Positions 1 through 10,793 of a stretch of DNA of 64,000 nucleotides are shown here, one piece after another. The notes under the pieces were generated by a model, which did not search any database, was not told where the DNA came from, and was given only the letters and a program-made list of their open reading frames with translations. How positions within the stretch are numbered: the first letter of the stretch is position 1; every line of letters starts with the position of its first letter. The stretch covers positions 25,747 to 89,746 of the forward strand of contig JAJRVJ010000005.1 in assembly GCA_024277435.1 (NCBI GenBank), given 5' to 3'. This stretch comes from Patescibacteria group bacterium (GTDB lineage: Bacteria > Patescibacteriota > Patescibacteriia > UBA9570). A program made the translations under genes and the position numbers.

Positions 1-227
1 CTCCTGAAACCACCCTTGAAGATGTAAGTATAAATTTTGAGGAAAATACACTCGGGGCTAAAGGTGTCGTGAGTAATAGAGATGCGTTAGCCGAATTACA
101 AGCCGTACTTAATGAATTTACATACCTAGAAGACATAAACATATCAGTTGACGATCTATCAGCTAAAGAAGATATTGAATTTACCCTAAATGGAAATATT
201 ACCTATGAAATTACCGAGACTAAATAA
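1..227 (+). CDS. hypothetical protein, 3' partial (gene enters the window); possibly a pilus-assembly (PilN-like) protein, judged only from its PilO-like neighbour
   Basis: Frame-3 ORF open from the window edge to TAA at 225-227 (...NGNITYEITETK*). No diagnostic motif; the call rests on context. Confidence 0.25.
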   Translation, partial: PETTLEDVSINFEENTLGAKGVVSNRDALAELQAVLNEFTYLEDINISVDDLSAKEDIEFTLNGNITYEITETK

Positions 228-764
228 TATAGGAATACGCTATCGCATGATACTACTTGGGGGTATTGCAAGCCTCGTTATTATTGTAAGCATTAGTGCA
301 ATAATTATTCCTGGTCAGGCCGCGGTACGGGAAAAGAAAATTTCAATTCAAGAACTACAACAATCACTTGCTCTCGAAGAATCAAGTACAACAAATCTTA
401 TTATCGCAAAACGTCGCCTTGAGAACTAGAAGAAACCGAAGAGCTATTTTTACAGGCTTTTGTACCAATTAATGATCCTTTAGTGCTAGTAACAGCCATT
501 GAAAAAATTGCCGAGGACCAGGGACTAGATGTTGATATTAAAGTATCTGAACCGAGCGCAACTGATAAAAATGATGAGATACAAAAAGCTCCGATTACGC
601 TACGCTACCAAAGTGATCTTGAAAATAGTTTAGAGTTTATTAATGACCTACAACAACTACCTATGCATTTTGAAATTCACAACTTACATCTCAATGTTGG
701 CCTACCTAGCGGAGATGATATTCTGATTGTAACATCTATTGAAGCAGTAACGTATTGGAAATAA
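205..764 (+). CDS. PilO-like type IV pilus assembly protein: N-terminal TM helix, coiled coil, then a C-terminal domain. It is interrupted by a frameshift near 420-430 (ORFs 190..429 and 483..764).
   Basis: The first ORF ends ...IIAKRRLEN* (TAG 427-429). The other frame, opening after TGA 420-422, reads ELEETEELFLQAFVPINDPLVLVTAIEK... and continues into ORF 483..764. A 1-nt insertion would join them into one ~185-aa protein with PilO-like architecture. Confidence 0.4.
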
Positions 765-766
765 TT

Positions 767-1033
767 ATGCCACTACAACTATTAAAAAAATATTCCGCGC
801 CCGTTATTACACTCTGTATTGTTGTATACGGTGCATATATCGGCCTTACTTTATACAATGATGTATACGGCCCATTATTTATAGAAGATTCAACACAATC
901 TACTTCAACTAAATTTAAGATTCCTGAAAAACAAATTACAGAAATATCTGATCAAATTATTGAACGCAAAGAAAACAATCTTGATACAAATGTAAAGACG
1001 AATCCCTTTAATACTCAACACTCGCTACCATAA
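767..1033 (+). CDS. small single-pass membrane protein; possible pilus assembly accessory (PilP-like?)
   Basis: ORF MPLQLLKKYSAPVITLCIVVYGAYIGLTLY... has a hydrophobic helix near the N-terminus; assignment from context only. Confidence 0.3.
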   Translation: MPLQLLKKYSAPVITLCIVVYGAYIGLTLYNDVYGPLFIEDSTQSTSTKFKIPEKQITEISDQIIERKENNLDTNVKTNPFNTQHSLP

Positions 1034-1036
1034 GAT

Positions 1037-3607
1037 TTATTTAGAAAACACAACTTGATCATTGACAAAATCAACTTTCATAGTATCTCCATCATGAATA
1101 CTACCTTCAATAATTTCTAACGATAATTTATCGAGAATAACTTTTTGAATAACTCTCTGCAATGGTCGTGCTCCAAATTGCTGATCAAACCCAATTGTTG
1201 CCAAATGGCGCTTAACAGCATCAGTTAGCGTAAGGTGTATGTCTCTTTTAGCTAATCGTTTTTGCACGCGAGCAACTTGTAAATCAATAATACTCTCAAT
1301 ATGTTCTGGTTCAAGATGATGAAAAATAATAGAATCATCAATACGATTTAAAAACTCAGGCGGAAACGTTTCTTGCAATACAGTATTCACCGCATCACGC
1401 TGAGCAACAGTATCACCAATATGCTGAGCAATTTGTGTACTACCAAGATTTGATGTCATAATAATTACTGTATTTGTAAAATCAACCGTACGACCCTTAG
1501 AATCAGTTAATCTTCCATCATCTAATACTTGCAATAATATATTCAACACTTCTGGATGTGCTTTTTCAATTTCATCTAATAAAATTACTGTATATGGATA
1601 ACGCCGCACAGCCTCGGTAAGCTGTCCACCTTCTTCATGCCCTACATATCCTGGAGGTGAGCCGATGAGTCGAGCAACAGCGTGCCTCTCCATGTACTCA
1701 CTCATATCGATACGAACCAAGCGTTGTTCATCATCAAATAAAAATTCTGCCAAGGCCTTTGCTAATTCGGTTTTTCCAACTCCGGTGGGGCCTAGAAACA
1801 TAAATGATCCAATTGGGCGTGATTCTTCTTGGATTCCAGCTTTACTACGCCGTATAGCATTCGCCACAGCATGCAATGCTGGCTCCTGACCAATTACTCG
1901 CTCACCTAATAGTTGTTCTAATAGCGCCAACTTCTCTAACTCCTGTACTAACATCTTTGCTACTGGGATATGTGTCCAACGTGATACAATTTGCGCAATA
2001 TCAGTTTCAGTCACTTCCTCCTTTAGGAGGGTCTCATCCTGCTGAATGCTTGCCAAATCCTGCTGAGCCTTGATAATTGTTTTCTCCAATTCAGGTATTT
2101 GACCATACGTAATTTCAGCCACGCGCTCTAAATGACCATCGCGCTCAGCCTGTATTGCCTCTTCTTTGAGTAAATCAATCTCTTTACTCGATTCATTAAT
2201 TTTATCAATATACTTCTTTTCATTCTGCCATTGCAACTCAATATGTGTATATTCCTCACGTAATTCTGCTAACTCTTTTTCAAGATCACGTAATCGCTGT
2301 TTCGATGTTTTGTCTTTTTCTTTACGTAACGCTTCGCGCTCAATTTCTAATTGCCGAATACGACGATCAAATTGATCAATCACTGTAGGCTTACTATCAC
2401 GTTCAATGCGCAATACCGAACATGCCTCATCCATTAAATCAATTGCCTTATCTGGTAAAAAACGATCGGCAATATAACGATCAGATAACGTTACAGCAGC
2501 CACTAAAGCATTATCACGTATCTTCACGCCATGATGCACTTCATACTTCTCCTTAATGCCGCGCAAAATTGAAATAGCATCTTCAACCGACGGCTCCTCA
2601 ATAACGATTGGCTGAAAACGACGCTCCAGCGCAGCATCCTTTTCAATATACGTTCGATACTCACGTATTGTTGTTGCCCCAATGGCTCGTAACGTACCAC
2701 GCGCCAAAGCTGGTTTCAATAAATTACCAGCATCCACTGCACCATCAACTCCACCAGCCCCAACAATAGTATGGAGCTCATCAATAAATAAAATAACCCT
2801 ACCATCAGATGTTTCAATTTCTTGCAATACCGCTTTCAAGCGATCCTCAAATTCACCACGATACTTGCTGCCAGCCAATAGAGCTCCTAAATCGAGTGCT
2901 AACACCAACTTATCACGTAAACTATCCGGAACATCCCCATCAACTATTTTCTTGGCTAAGCCCTCCACAATAGCAGTTTTACCAACTCCTGGCTCTCCAA
3001 CTAATACTGGATTATTTTTCGTGCGGCGCGATACAATTTGCATCACACGACGAATTTCATCATCACGCCCAATGACTGGATCAATCTTTCCAGCTTTTGC
3101 CAGCTCAGTAAAATCAGTTGTATATTTATCAAGTGCCTCATATTTTCCTTCGGGATCTAGATCAGTTACGCGTTGACTACCTCGTACCGCTTGCAATGCC
3201 TGTATAACATCTTCACGTTGTACATTTAAGAGCTTAGCAATAGACTCCTGCTTGAGTAATGCTAATAACAAATGTTCTGTACTAATGTATTCATCACCTA
3301 ATTTACCTGCTTCGGATTCTGCATCTGTAAATACATTCTTTAATTCATTAGTAGCATACGGAGAATCACTAGTGCTGACCTGATGTTGTTTTTGTAATTC
3401 ATCCTGCAATTGTTGCTGAATATCTTCCGTAATAATTTCAAGCCGTTCGAACAACCGCGGCACAATTCCATCCTTCTGCTGAATCAATGAAAATAGCAAG
3501 TGCTGAGGCTGCACCGCTTGATGTTCTAAGGTTCCGGCTAATTGCATAGTAGCTTGGATAGCCTCAGCAGATTTAGTAGTATACTTTGAAAAATTCATAA
3601 TATTCAA
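1037..3607 (-). CDS. clpB: ATP-dependent chaperone ClpB (Hsp100 disaggregase)
   Basis: 856 aa; Clp N-domain repeats; two AAA+ modules ([15 protein letters not shown] / [15 protein letters not shown]); a long coiled-coil M-domain between them; sensor-2 [10 protein letters not shown]. Confidence 0.95.
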   Translation of the reverse strand: MNIMNFSKYTTKSAEAIQATMQLAGTLEHQAVQPQHLLFSLIQQKDGIVPRLFERLEIITEDIQQQLQDELQKQHQVSTSDSPYATNELKNVFTDAESEAGKLGDEYISTEHLLLALLKQESIAKLLNVQREDVIQALQAVRGSQRVTDLDPEGKYEALDKYTTDFTELAKAGKIDPVIGRDDEIRRVMQIVSRRTKNNPVLVGEPGVGKTAIVEGLAKKIVDGDVPDSLRDKLVLALDLGALLAGSKYRGEFEDRLKAVLQEIETSDGRVILFIDELHTIVGAGGVDGAVDAGNLLKPALARGTLRAIGATTIREYRTYIEKDAALERRFQPIVIEEPSVEDAISILRGIKEKYEVHHGVKIRDNALVAAVTLSDRYIADRFLPDKAIDLMDEACSVLRIERDSKPTVIDQFDRRIRQLEIEREALRKEKDKTSKQRLRDLEKELAELREEYTHIELQWQNEKKYIDKINESSKEIDLLKEEAIQAERDGHLERVAEITYGQIPELEKTIIKAQQDLASIQQDETLLKEEVTETDIAQIVSRWTHIPVAKMLVQELEKLALLEQLLGERVIGQEPALHAVANAIRRSKAGIQEESRPIGSFMFLGPTGVGKTELAKALAEFLFDDEQRLVRIDMSEYMERHAVARLIGSPPGYVGHEEGGQLTEAVRRYPYTVILLDEIEKAHPEVLNILLQVLDDGRLTDSKGRTVDFTNTVIIMTSNLGSTQIAQHIGDTVAQRDAVNTVLQETFPPEFLNRIDDSIIFHHLEPEHIESIIDLQVARVQKRLAKRDIHLTLTDAVKRHLATIGFDQQFGARPLQRVIQKVILDKLSLEIIEGSIHDGDTMKVDFVNDQVVFSK

Positions 3608-3685
3608 TGCTAAATATCTATTAGCCCTCTACAGTATAGAGTGCTAATTTAATTTCGTCAACCCTTATTATTAAGAGATAATACA

Positions 3686-4678
3686 TCACTTGTAGAGTTC
3701 AGTTTCCGGATGAAACGATGCCCATGCGAACCAAAATAATCGTAAAGTAACAATTTCTTCACCCGTATCAATATTTTGAGCTATTACCTCTCCTGAATCT
3801 AAGCGCTGTATAATAATAGCAACACCATTAATATCATCAGTAATACTATCGTGTTCTAGTAATGAATCCTCGGTATAAGCTTTAGCTACACCTCCGACCT
3901 CGATACCATATACTACGGTTTTGATTTGAAGCGATGTGTCTAAATTTTCTACTCCAAAATATATCTCATCATCCTGCTCATATGTACCGTATGGATATAA
4001 ATCATAATCTATCAACGCACCATTATCACGTGATAATACCTCGGTATTTGGATGCTCTGTAAACCACTCCATCCAAGTTGTAGTAGTGATAGCAAATGGC
4101 TCCAGTACCTCATCACGACGCGCTGCAGGCCCCACAATAGCCTCTCCTGTAATCTGCTGCCATAAATTACCCTCAAAACGATCGTACATCACTAAATCAC
4201 TATTATGTAGTTTTCCAGATACACCAAATTCAGTAATAACCCCATTTACTTCACGTGTAAACGCCACAGCCGATCCACATAACGGGCAGAACGTCATTGC
4301 AAAATACTCATCCCCTACTTGATCGTTAACAATCTCGTGACGATTAAGAATTTTTTGTGGGTACGCTCTCTTTACACCAAGTAAATCAATCGCGAATACC
4401 ATATCATCATCAGCCAACCAATCAACGGTAGCTCCCTCCTCAAATGAGGGGTGATCAATAGATTGAATGCAATCCTGACCCGTAAAACAGCCTTGTTCTA
4501 AATCGGATGCTGCAACTTTGGCGCCATCAAAATCTGTCTGCAAACTCACATCCTGCACAATCACCTGCCCAGCCAGGTCGTTAATATCTCCATCATTAGA
4601 ATTAGTAAGACTATCCGATTGCGTTATGCAGCCAGATAAAGCCAGTGCGGCTATTGTTGTTAATAGTAGTATACGCAT
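3686..4678 (-). CDS. lipoprotein of unknown function
   Basis: Signal peptide plus lipobox (LALSGC); FCPLCGS motif; no confident family assignment. Confidence 0.5.
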   Translation of the reverse strand: MRILLLTTIAALALSGCITQSDSLTNSNDGDINDLAGQVIVQDVSLQTDFDGAKVAASDLEQGCFTGQDCIQSIDHPSFEEGATVDWLADDDMVFAIDLLGVKRAYPQKILNRHEIVNDQVGDEYFAMTFCPLCGSAVAFTREVNGVITEFGVSGKLHNSDLVMYDRFEGNLWQQITGEAIVGPAARRDEVLEPFAITTTTWMEWFTEHPNTEVLSRDNGALIDYDLYPYGTYEQDDEIYFGVENLDTSLQIKTVVYGIEVGGVAKAYTEDSLLEHDSITDDINGVAIIIQRLDSGEVIAQNIDTGEEIVTLRLFWFAWASFHPETELYK

Positions 4679-4691
4679 AATAATTCATACG

Positions 4692-5909
4692 TTAGTTATT
4701 AGCAGTTTGACGCTTTGCAAAACTCGCAGCCTTAGCATCCTCTACCTCTGGTTGATCAAAAGGATCCTGGTCACGCAACAGTGCTGAATATACCGTATAG
4801 TAATGCCAAAATGAGATTAGTTCACCAATACTCGTTTCTGATACTTCATTCACTTCTAATGTAAGATGAGGAATCTCTAATGCCGTTGCATTTTCTGCTA
4901 CACCTTCATAATCGTATCGTAAACCATCCTGCAAAGGAATGCCGTGAATATCCGCCAGCGTACCATCACGCAATGCAAGTGATTGTACTTCGTCTGGTAT
5001 TACTGTAGATAAATTCTTCGTGCGTTGATTACGCAATGTCATAAAAAATCCAATGGCATTCTTGCGTCCACCAAAGAACCGCTGATTCGTATGATGTTGC
5101 GATTCCGGAGCTTGGTCACCAAAAATAGTCTGTCCCTTACCATCCTTACCAGTACTCTCATGAATCAATTGCACAATAAGCGGTAAAAATCCTGCTAGCG
5201 CTTGTGAATAGATTGGCATAAATATCTCTGTATAGCCTGCCTGATCATTTTTCCAGCAACTATAGGCTGCCTGCAGTGCGATATTATCTTCAACTGGCGC
5301 CGCATATCCAAAAGTGTCGTACGCCTGAACAGCTGCTGTATTAATAGCAGCAACATCTAAGCCCATTAGTTCAGCTGGCGCAAAAGCACATTCCGTGCGC
5401 CCAGAATAACGCCCACCCACTTCAGGATGCGGCACAATTGGCCAGTTATACTGTTTTGCTAATTCATATAACACACCTTTTTCTAGTGATGTTACAGCCA
5501 CAATCGGATAATCAAGAAATTGAAATAATGGCTCTAATACATCAATGTTCGTTCCTGATTTTGAAATCGGTAGCACCAACGTAGTGTCAGGTGAATATTT
5601 TTTATGTAACGCCTGAATCACATCTGGCTCCATCGTGCTAAGAAATTCAATGGTTGTATCATTCCGTAAATGTGCCAACGACTGCCAGTACGCCAATGCA
5701 CTTGTGCGTGACCCCCCATTAGCAATAATAATAACGTTCGTGTATTTCTGATAATCAACTACTACTGAATGGACATACTCTAAATCTACAGCATACCCCT
5801 GAAATGCAGGTAGTGGTAGTTTTTTCCACTCAGTTTGTAATTGAACCAGATCATCAATAGTAATTGATTGTTGATCGTGATCTGTGATTAAACGTAAATG
5901 TGAAGTCAT
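4692..5909 (-). CDS. pgi: glucose-6-phosphate isomerase
   Basis: PGI signature VGGRYSGRTE and sugar-isomerase region IIIANGGSRTSALAY. Start taken as MTSHLRL... (ATG 5907-5909) rather than the ORF-track extension. Confidence 0.85.
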   Translation of the reverse strand: MTSHLRLITDHDQQSITIDDLVQLQTEWKKLPLPAFQGYAVDLEYVHSVVVDYQKYTNVIIIANGGSRTSALAYWQSLAHLRNDTTIEFLSTMEPDVIQALHKKYSPDTTLVLPISKSGTNIDVLEPLFQFLDYPIVAVTSLEKGVLYELAKQYNWPIVPHPEVGGRYSGRTECAFAPAELMGLDVAAINTAAVQAYDTFGYAAPVEDNIALQAAYSCWKNDQAGYTEIFMPIYSQALAGFLPLIVQLIHESTGKDGKGQTIFGDQAPESQHHTNQRFFGGRKNAIGFFMTLRNQRTKNLSTVIPDEVQSLALRDGTLADIHGIPLQDGLRYDYEGVAENATALEIPHLTLEVNEVSETSIGELISFWHYYTVYSALLRDQDPFDQPEVEDAKAASFAKRQTANN

Positions 5910-5913
5910 AATA

Positions 5914-6432
5914 TTATAATTGATAAAGATAAATAGATATACGATCCTCACTGGGTTTATCAACAGTAAGGGGCTCTAGTCCTCGTATAGGAAATGTATA
6001 GGAAATCACCCTTGTACCAGGCGTTGCTTCAGTATACAACTTTTTTACTAATCTGCCTTCAAGCTTTTTTGGCATACCAAATACATAAATAACATCAGCA
6101 CTAGATAAATCTTGTGAAAATAGATTACCAAATACAAATGTAGCATTCTTGGTCCTAGTGAATAATTTACGAGCCACACATACTATGTATAGTGGAAACG
6201 CTAATTCCACACCAACAGCGGTAATATCATACCGTTGAGCAGCAGCTAACACTACCTTTCCATTACCACAACCAAGATCATAAAAACGCTCACCTGACTG
6301 TATATTAGCCAGCGCAAACACTCTATCTAAATCTTTTTTCCACATTGGCACCCATGGAGCCATTGATAATGCAGCAATCGTAAAGCTCAATATGAATAAA
6401 AAAACAATTAAAACAACAACTTGGAGAACCAT
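5914..6432 (-). CDS. class I SAM-dependent methyltransferase with an N-terminal TM helix
   Basis: Motif I FYDLGCGNGKVV; its start overlaps the stop of the upstream Clp-like gene (TAATG). Confidence 0.6.
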   Translation of the reverse strand: MVLQVVVLIVFLFILSFTIAALSMAPWVPMWKKDLDRVFALANIQSGERFYDLGCGNGKVVLAAAQRYDITAVGVELAFPLYIVCVARKLFTRTKNATFVFGNLFSQDLSSADVIYVFGMPKKLEGRLVKKLYTEATPGTRVISYTFPIRGLEPLTVDKPSEDRISIYLYQL

Positions 6433-9209
6433 TAAATTCTTTCGGCCTTAATAACTTCCACCTGGCCACCAGCTTGCAATTCAACAACATCTCTGCGCGA
6501 TAAACGACTCTGTAATAATAATTTTGCAATCGCATCTTGTGCGGTATCTTGTATCAAGCGCCGTAATGGTCGAGCCCCATATATTGGATCATATCCTCGC
6601 TCAGCAAAATCTACCACAGCCTCATCTGTCCAACGTAAGGTAATACCCTTTACTTCCATTTGCTTAGCTAAGCCAGCTAATAATAATTCACACACCTGTT
6701 GCAATTCTTCTTTTGTTAACGGCGTGAATACCACCACATGATCAAACCGATTTAATAACTCAGGACGAAAACTCTGATTGAGTAACCCCTCATTCAATAA
6801 TTGATCTTTAATGCCACCGCTAGTAGCGCCCTTCGCATACAGTTGCTGAATCACATCAGTACCTGCATTAGATGTTGCTACAATCATTGCGTTAGTAAAA
6901 TCTACCGTTCTACCAGTACCATCCGTTAAACGACCATCCTCCATTACCTGTAAAAAGATATTAATAACATCACTATGGGCCTTTTCGATTTCATCTAGTA
7001 ATACAATTCCAAAAGGAGTTTTACGAATAGCTTCAGTTAAATTTCCTTGCTGACCAGGTGCTCCAATTAGTTTCGATAATGAAGCCGGTGTTTGATACTC
7101 ACTCATATCAAAGCGCATCATGTTTGACTCATTACCAAAATACGCTTCCGCGATAGCTTTAGCAGTTTCTGTTTTACCTACACCAGTAGGCCCCAGAAAT
7201 AATAACGAAGCAATTGGACGAGTTGCATCGCGTAAATCTTCACGCGCCCTACGCAACGCCTTACCAATTGCATTAATAGCCTCATGTTGACCAATCACTC
7301 TACGATGCAATAAATCCTCCATGTTCAACAACTTATCAGCCTCATTTTGAGAAATTGCCGCTACTGCCACATTGGTTTTTTCGGACATAATCTGCTCAAC
7401 CGCCGATTTACGTACTAATTGCTTCACACCATAATGCTCACGCGTATAAATAGCAGCTTCCTCAATAATATCCACCGCCTTAGCTGGAAGATGACGATCT
7501 TGTATATAGCGATCACTCAATACCACAGCTGATTCAAGTGCATCATATGTAAAAAATACTTGGTTCTTTGCCTCAATATAAGGAGCGCGACCCTCAAGCA
7601 CTTTGATAGAATCCTGATGATTGAGTTCTGGAACTTGCACAACTTGAAAACGACGCAAAAATGTTTCTTGATTTTCGATGTGCTTCTGAAATTCAGGTGT
7701 AGTAGTAGTACCTAATACTTTTATGTATCCCTGAGAAATATAGTTCATCAAAATTTTACCAATATCAATACTAGACTGTGTTGATCCAGCCCCTAATAAG
7801 GTATGAATATCTTCAATAGCCCAAATAACATTTCCGGCTAAAATAATATCTTGAATAATCAATTGCATGCGTTGCTCTAAACCTCCAATACCTGATGCTC
7901 CAGCAATAATAGCACCCGGATCGGTAACTACTAAGCGCTTATCCTGTAACTGCGCCGGCACATCCTCGGAGGTCATTAAATTCGCAATGCCTTGCAAAAT
8001 TGTAGTTTTACCAACGCCTGAAGGGCCAACTAACATAACGCTACTATGACCCTCTTGCAACACACGAAATGCTTCATTAATTTCTTTCTCTCTACCAATT
8101 GGGGCCATAAATGCATTATTTTTTGCCATCAATGTAAGATCTTGCGAAACAGCGTCAAGATTCTTAGTAGGACGAGCTGTCATAGCCCGATTCATTACCG
8201 TTTTTGGCTTACCACGTGATAAGCGCTTACGACGATGCTCTTTATCCATCAAAGCCGTTACCAAATTACTCCAATGTACTAAATTACGAATCTTCTGCAT
8301 ATCCACATCTCTATCAAATAAAGCATCTTGAATATATTGATCTGCTAAAATTGATCCCACCATTACTTCAACCAAATCTACCGCCGGTTGCTCTTGATAA
8401 CGGGCCTCAGCATAGGCATACATAAGGGCCTTGCGCACCTCTGCGCCAAAATCTGGTGAATGTGTAAATTGATCTAGTTGATTTTCACGGTCGGCAATCC
8501 TCTGTATAGCTGCAACGAGATCTTGCGAGTTTATTTCCACACGATAGAACATTGATGCCACAGCTTCCTGTTCCATCAACGCTAAAAACAAATGACTAGC
8601 CCTCACCTCAGCATGCTTCAACTTAATTGCCAATTGATATGCGTCATCCAATACATTAAGCGCTCGGGTTTTAAAATAGTGTGATACATCAATTTTTTTA
8701 TGATTATCATAAGCACTCCAATACTCCCAACTGTTCATTTCATCAGTGAGGATTTCATCTGCAAAATGATTTGGTTCCGTAATCTCTGGTATTTGCTCAA
8801 GTACACGTTCTATCCGATAATACGCAAATAAATCCGCTAATACTGATAGCCAAAATATCAATAATTCACTCGATCGGTGAGTAAAGAAATCAACAAACGA
8901 GGCTCCAGCTTCATTTAATTCAACTACCTGAAGTACCATTGCCACAAAGCCACCGATACCAATAATTAATAATACTGAATTGATAAACCAATTCACTACT
9001 CGCTCCATCTTTTTTTCTAAGAGAGCAGCTGGGCTAATTTCATGACCCCAATACAATACGTCATTTTGAAAAAAACCATACACACTCTGCTTGTTGTGAC
9101 ACATCGAACATGTCACATGCTCACCAGATGCGGTAAGCGCATAGCCAAACCCATGACATTGTGGGCATTCTAAAAACGATGCGTTATATTGATCCTTCCC
9201 TATGTCCAT
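6432..9209 (-). CDS. atypical Clp/Hsp100-family AAA+ ATPase with an N-terminal zinc ribbon and one TM helix (ClpA/ClpC-like double ring, no M-domain)
   Basis: CPQC...CSMC zinc ribbon; TM helix WFINSVLLIIGIGGFVAMVL; Clp-N-like region; Walker A in D1 (GPSGVGKTT) and D2 ([12 protein letters not shown]); sensor-2 GARPLRRLIQ; short D1-D2 linker; no I/L-G-F/L ClpP loop visible. Confidence 0.85.
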   Translation of the reverse strand: MDIGKDQYNASFLECPQCHGFGYALTASGEHVTCSMCHNKQSVYGFFQNDVLYWGHEISPAALLEKKMERVVNWFINSVLLIIGIGGFVAMVLQVVELNEAGASFVDFFTHRSSELLIFWLSVLADLFAYYRIERVLEQIPEITEPNHFADEILTDEMNSWEYWSAYDNHKKIDVSHYFKTRALNVLDDAYQLAIKLKHAEVRASHLFLALMEQEAVASMFYRVEINSQDLVAAIQRIADRENQLDQFTHSPDFGAEVRKALMYAYAEARYQEQPAVDLVEVMVGSILADQYIQDALFDRDVDMQKIRNLVHWSNLVTALMDKEHRRKRLSRGKPKTVMNRAMTARPTKNLDAVSQDLTLMAKNNAFMAPIGREKEINEAFRVLQEGHSSVMLVGPSGVGKTTILQGIANLMTSEDVPAQLQDKRLVVTDPGAIIAGASGIGGLEQRMQLIIQDIILAGNVIWAIEDIHTLLGAGSTQSSIDIGKILMNYISQGYIKVLGTTTTPEFQKHIENQETFLRRFQVVQVPELNHQDSIKVLEGRAPYIEAKNQVFFTYDALESAVVLSDRYIQDRHLPAKAVDIIEEAAIYTREHYGVKQLVRKSAVEQIMSEKTNVAVAAISQNEADKLLNMEDLLHRRVIGQHEAINAIGKALRRAREDLRDATRPIASLLFLGPTGVGKTETAKAIAEAYFGNESNMMRFDMSEYQTPASLSKLIGAPGQQGNLTEAIRKTPFGIVLLDEIEKAHSDVINIFLQVMEDGRLTDGTGRTVDFTNAMIVATSNAGTDVIQQLYAKGATSGGIKDQLLNEGLLNQSFRPELLNRFDHVVVFTPLTKEELQQVCELLLAGLAKQMEVKGITLRWTDEAVVDFAERGYDPIYGARPLRRLIQDTAQDAIAKLLLQSRLSRRDVVELQAGGQVEVIKAERI

Positions 9210-9592
9210 AATTCAAATATATTCACAGGCATTAAACCAATTTGATAGAGAATATTATATAACACAAATACCGGAACAATCAGCCATAGTAACAATATTA
9301 ATATCAATACGGTCATATACGCGACAGCAATGATCATTAATAGCGAAAAATGCACTACGCGCACTGGAAAACTAATTAATCTACTCACAATATCATTAAG
9401 ACCATACATCGGAGTAAACAAAAACCGCGCAAGAATCTTTAAATTCAGCGTTCGCACTAAATCTTTAGCTTGATAGCGTAAAAGACCAATAATTTTTAGT
9501 GTTCCGCGATAATACCACCACGGAAGAAAATAGACTACGCTCCAAAGAATGTCTATAAACAAAAATTTAAGAGCACTTTTCACAGTCTGCAT
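9200..9592 (-). CDS. hypothetical membrane protein
   Basis: 130-aa ORF with 3-4 predicted TM helices. Confidence 0.4.
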   Translation of the reverse strand: MQTVKSALKFLFIDILWSVVYFLPWWYYRGTLKIIGLLRYQAKDLVRTLNLKILARFLFTPMYGLNDIVSRLISFPVRVVHFSLLMIIAVAYMTVLILILLLWLIVPVFVLYNILYQIGLMPVNIFELWT

Positions 9593-9636
9593 TTCAGAAT
9601 TATACCATTTTTATGGCATAAAAACAAATACGATGA

Positions 9637-10011
9637 TTATGTAAAATGCAAATATGGACCCATTGCCATAAGTAACACTAAAGCCCCTATAATAAAAATT
9701 GAAAATAACCAATTCCAACCGAAAAATAAAAGTAGTGCCAATCCAATAGCGGCGATACCTATGCAAAATATCCAGGCAATAATTTCTCGCTTAAAAATAT
9801 ACTTAAACATTAACGCCAATATCATCAGTACAGCTGCTACACCCAATAGAACATATATAGGCATGAATGAACGGTCTCCTGCGAATGGGGTTGTGTATTG
9901 CAAGCCATAGGCTAATGCTCCCATGGAAACTGTAAGCACCAATGAGATTATCCAGCCGGTATAGAGTGTTCCCATATTTCTATGGTCAATCAATGAATCT
10001 TTTTTTGCCAT
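9637..10011 (-). CDS. hypothetical membrane protein
   Basis: 124-aa ORF, strongly hydrophobic, 4 TM helices. Confidence 0.4.
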   Translation of the reverse strand: MAKKDSLIDHRNMGTLYTGWIISLVLTVSMGALAYGLQYTTPFAGDRSFMPIYVLLGVAAVLMILALMFKYIFKREIIAWIFCIGIAAIGLALLLFFGWNWLFSIFIIGALVLLMAMGPYLHFT

Positions 10012-10019
10012 GTAAAGCG

Positions 10020-10436
10020 TTACTTATGATAAGGATGCCCGCTCCAAATTGTCGTTGCACGATAAATTTGCTCAAGCAACAGTACTCTAGCAAATTCATG
10101 CGGAAATGTCATCTGTGATAGAGCGAGTGTGTTGTGCACATACTGACGAATAGAATCCGAAACACCGTCGCTATCACCTACTATAAATACCATATCTTTA
10201 TCCATGTTCAATTGTAACCAAGATGCAAACTCCAATGAAGTACTCTGCACGCCTCGCTCATCTAGTAATATATAGTGTGCAGATTGAGCCTGTATAGCAG
10301 CAAGTAATTTATCTTCGGTTTTATAGTACTGAAGATCTAATTGTAATTTTCCTTGGATGCGACGCACAAACTCAGCTTCCAATGAAGCTAATTCAACAAC
10401 TTTAGTTTTTCCAATCGAGGCTACCGTTAAACGCAT
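10020..10436 (-). CDS. rlmH: 23S rRNA (pseudouridine1915-N3)-methyltransferase RlmH (SPOUT)
   Basis: 138 aa; C-terminal ...TTIWSGHPYHK matches the RlmH HPYHR end motif; VGDSDG region also matches. Its start abuts the upstream stop (TAG-ATG). Confidence 0.7.
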   Translation of the reverse strand: MRLTVASIGKTKVVELASLEAEFVRRIQGKLQLDLQYYKTEDKLLAAIQAQSAHYILLDERGVQSTSLEFASWLQLNMDKDMVFIVGDSDGVSDSIRQYVHNTLALSQMTFPHEFARVLLLEQIYRATTIWSGHPYHK

Positions 10437-10766
10437 CTAACAACTGTAGACGTTTGAAAGAAAGTAAATCATCCAACTAGTAGCTATTGCCACAGCAATA
10501 CTTACAATAACCAACACAGAAATATGCTTCCTATGCATTTCATATAAATGATACGCCTCTAACACTAGGCCAACAAAAATTAAACCCACTCCCAAATACC
10601 CCATCCGAGCCGCACTATACAATATCTCTGTAGCACACACTTGTGTAAGTACTGGAAACAATAACATGCCAAATATAACGCTTACTAAGGCAATGCCTAA
10701 TACTACAACCGTTACTGGTAATACTGGATCTAATTTATACTTACTTTTGTGAGCTGATGTTTTCAT
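10437..10766 (-). CDS. hypothetical membrane protein
   Basis: 109 aa, 3 TM helices. Confidence 0.4.
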   Translation of the reverse strand: MKTSAHKSKYKLDPVLPVTVVVLGIALVSVIFGMLLFPVLTQVCATEILYSAARMGYLGVGLIFVGLVLEAYHLYEMHRKHISVLVIVSIAVAIATSWMIYFLSNVYSC

Positions 10767-10793
10767 ATATATAGTATATCTTTTTGAACAGCA

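Noticed and set aside
1665-3176. ORFs 1665..1889, 1876..2073, 2166..2375, 2682..3176 on the plus strand inside clpB
   Set aside because: They lie antisense to, or in alternate frames of, a full-length conserved ClpB; their products are low-complexity Ser/Pro/Arg-rich, typical of spurious ORFs.
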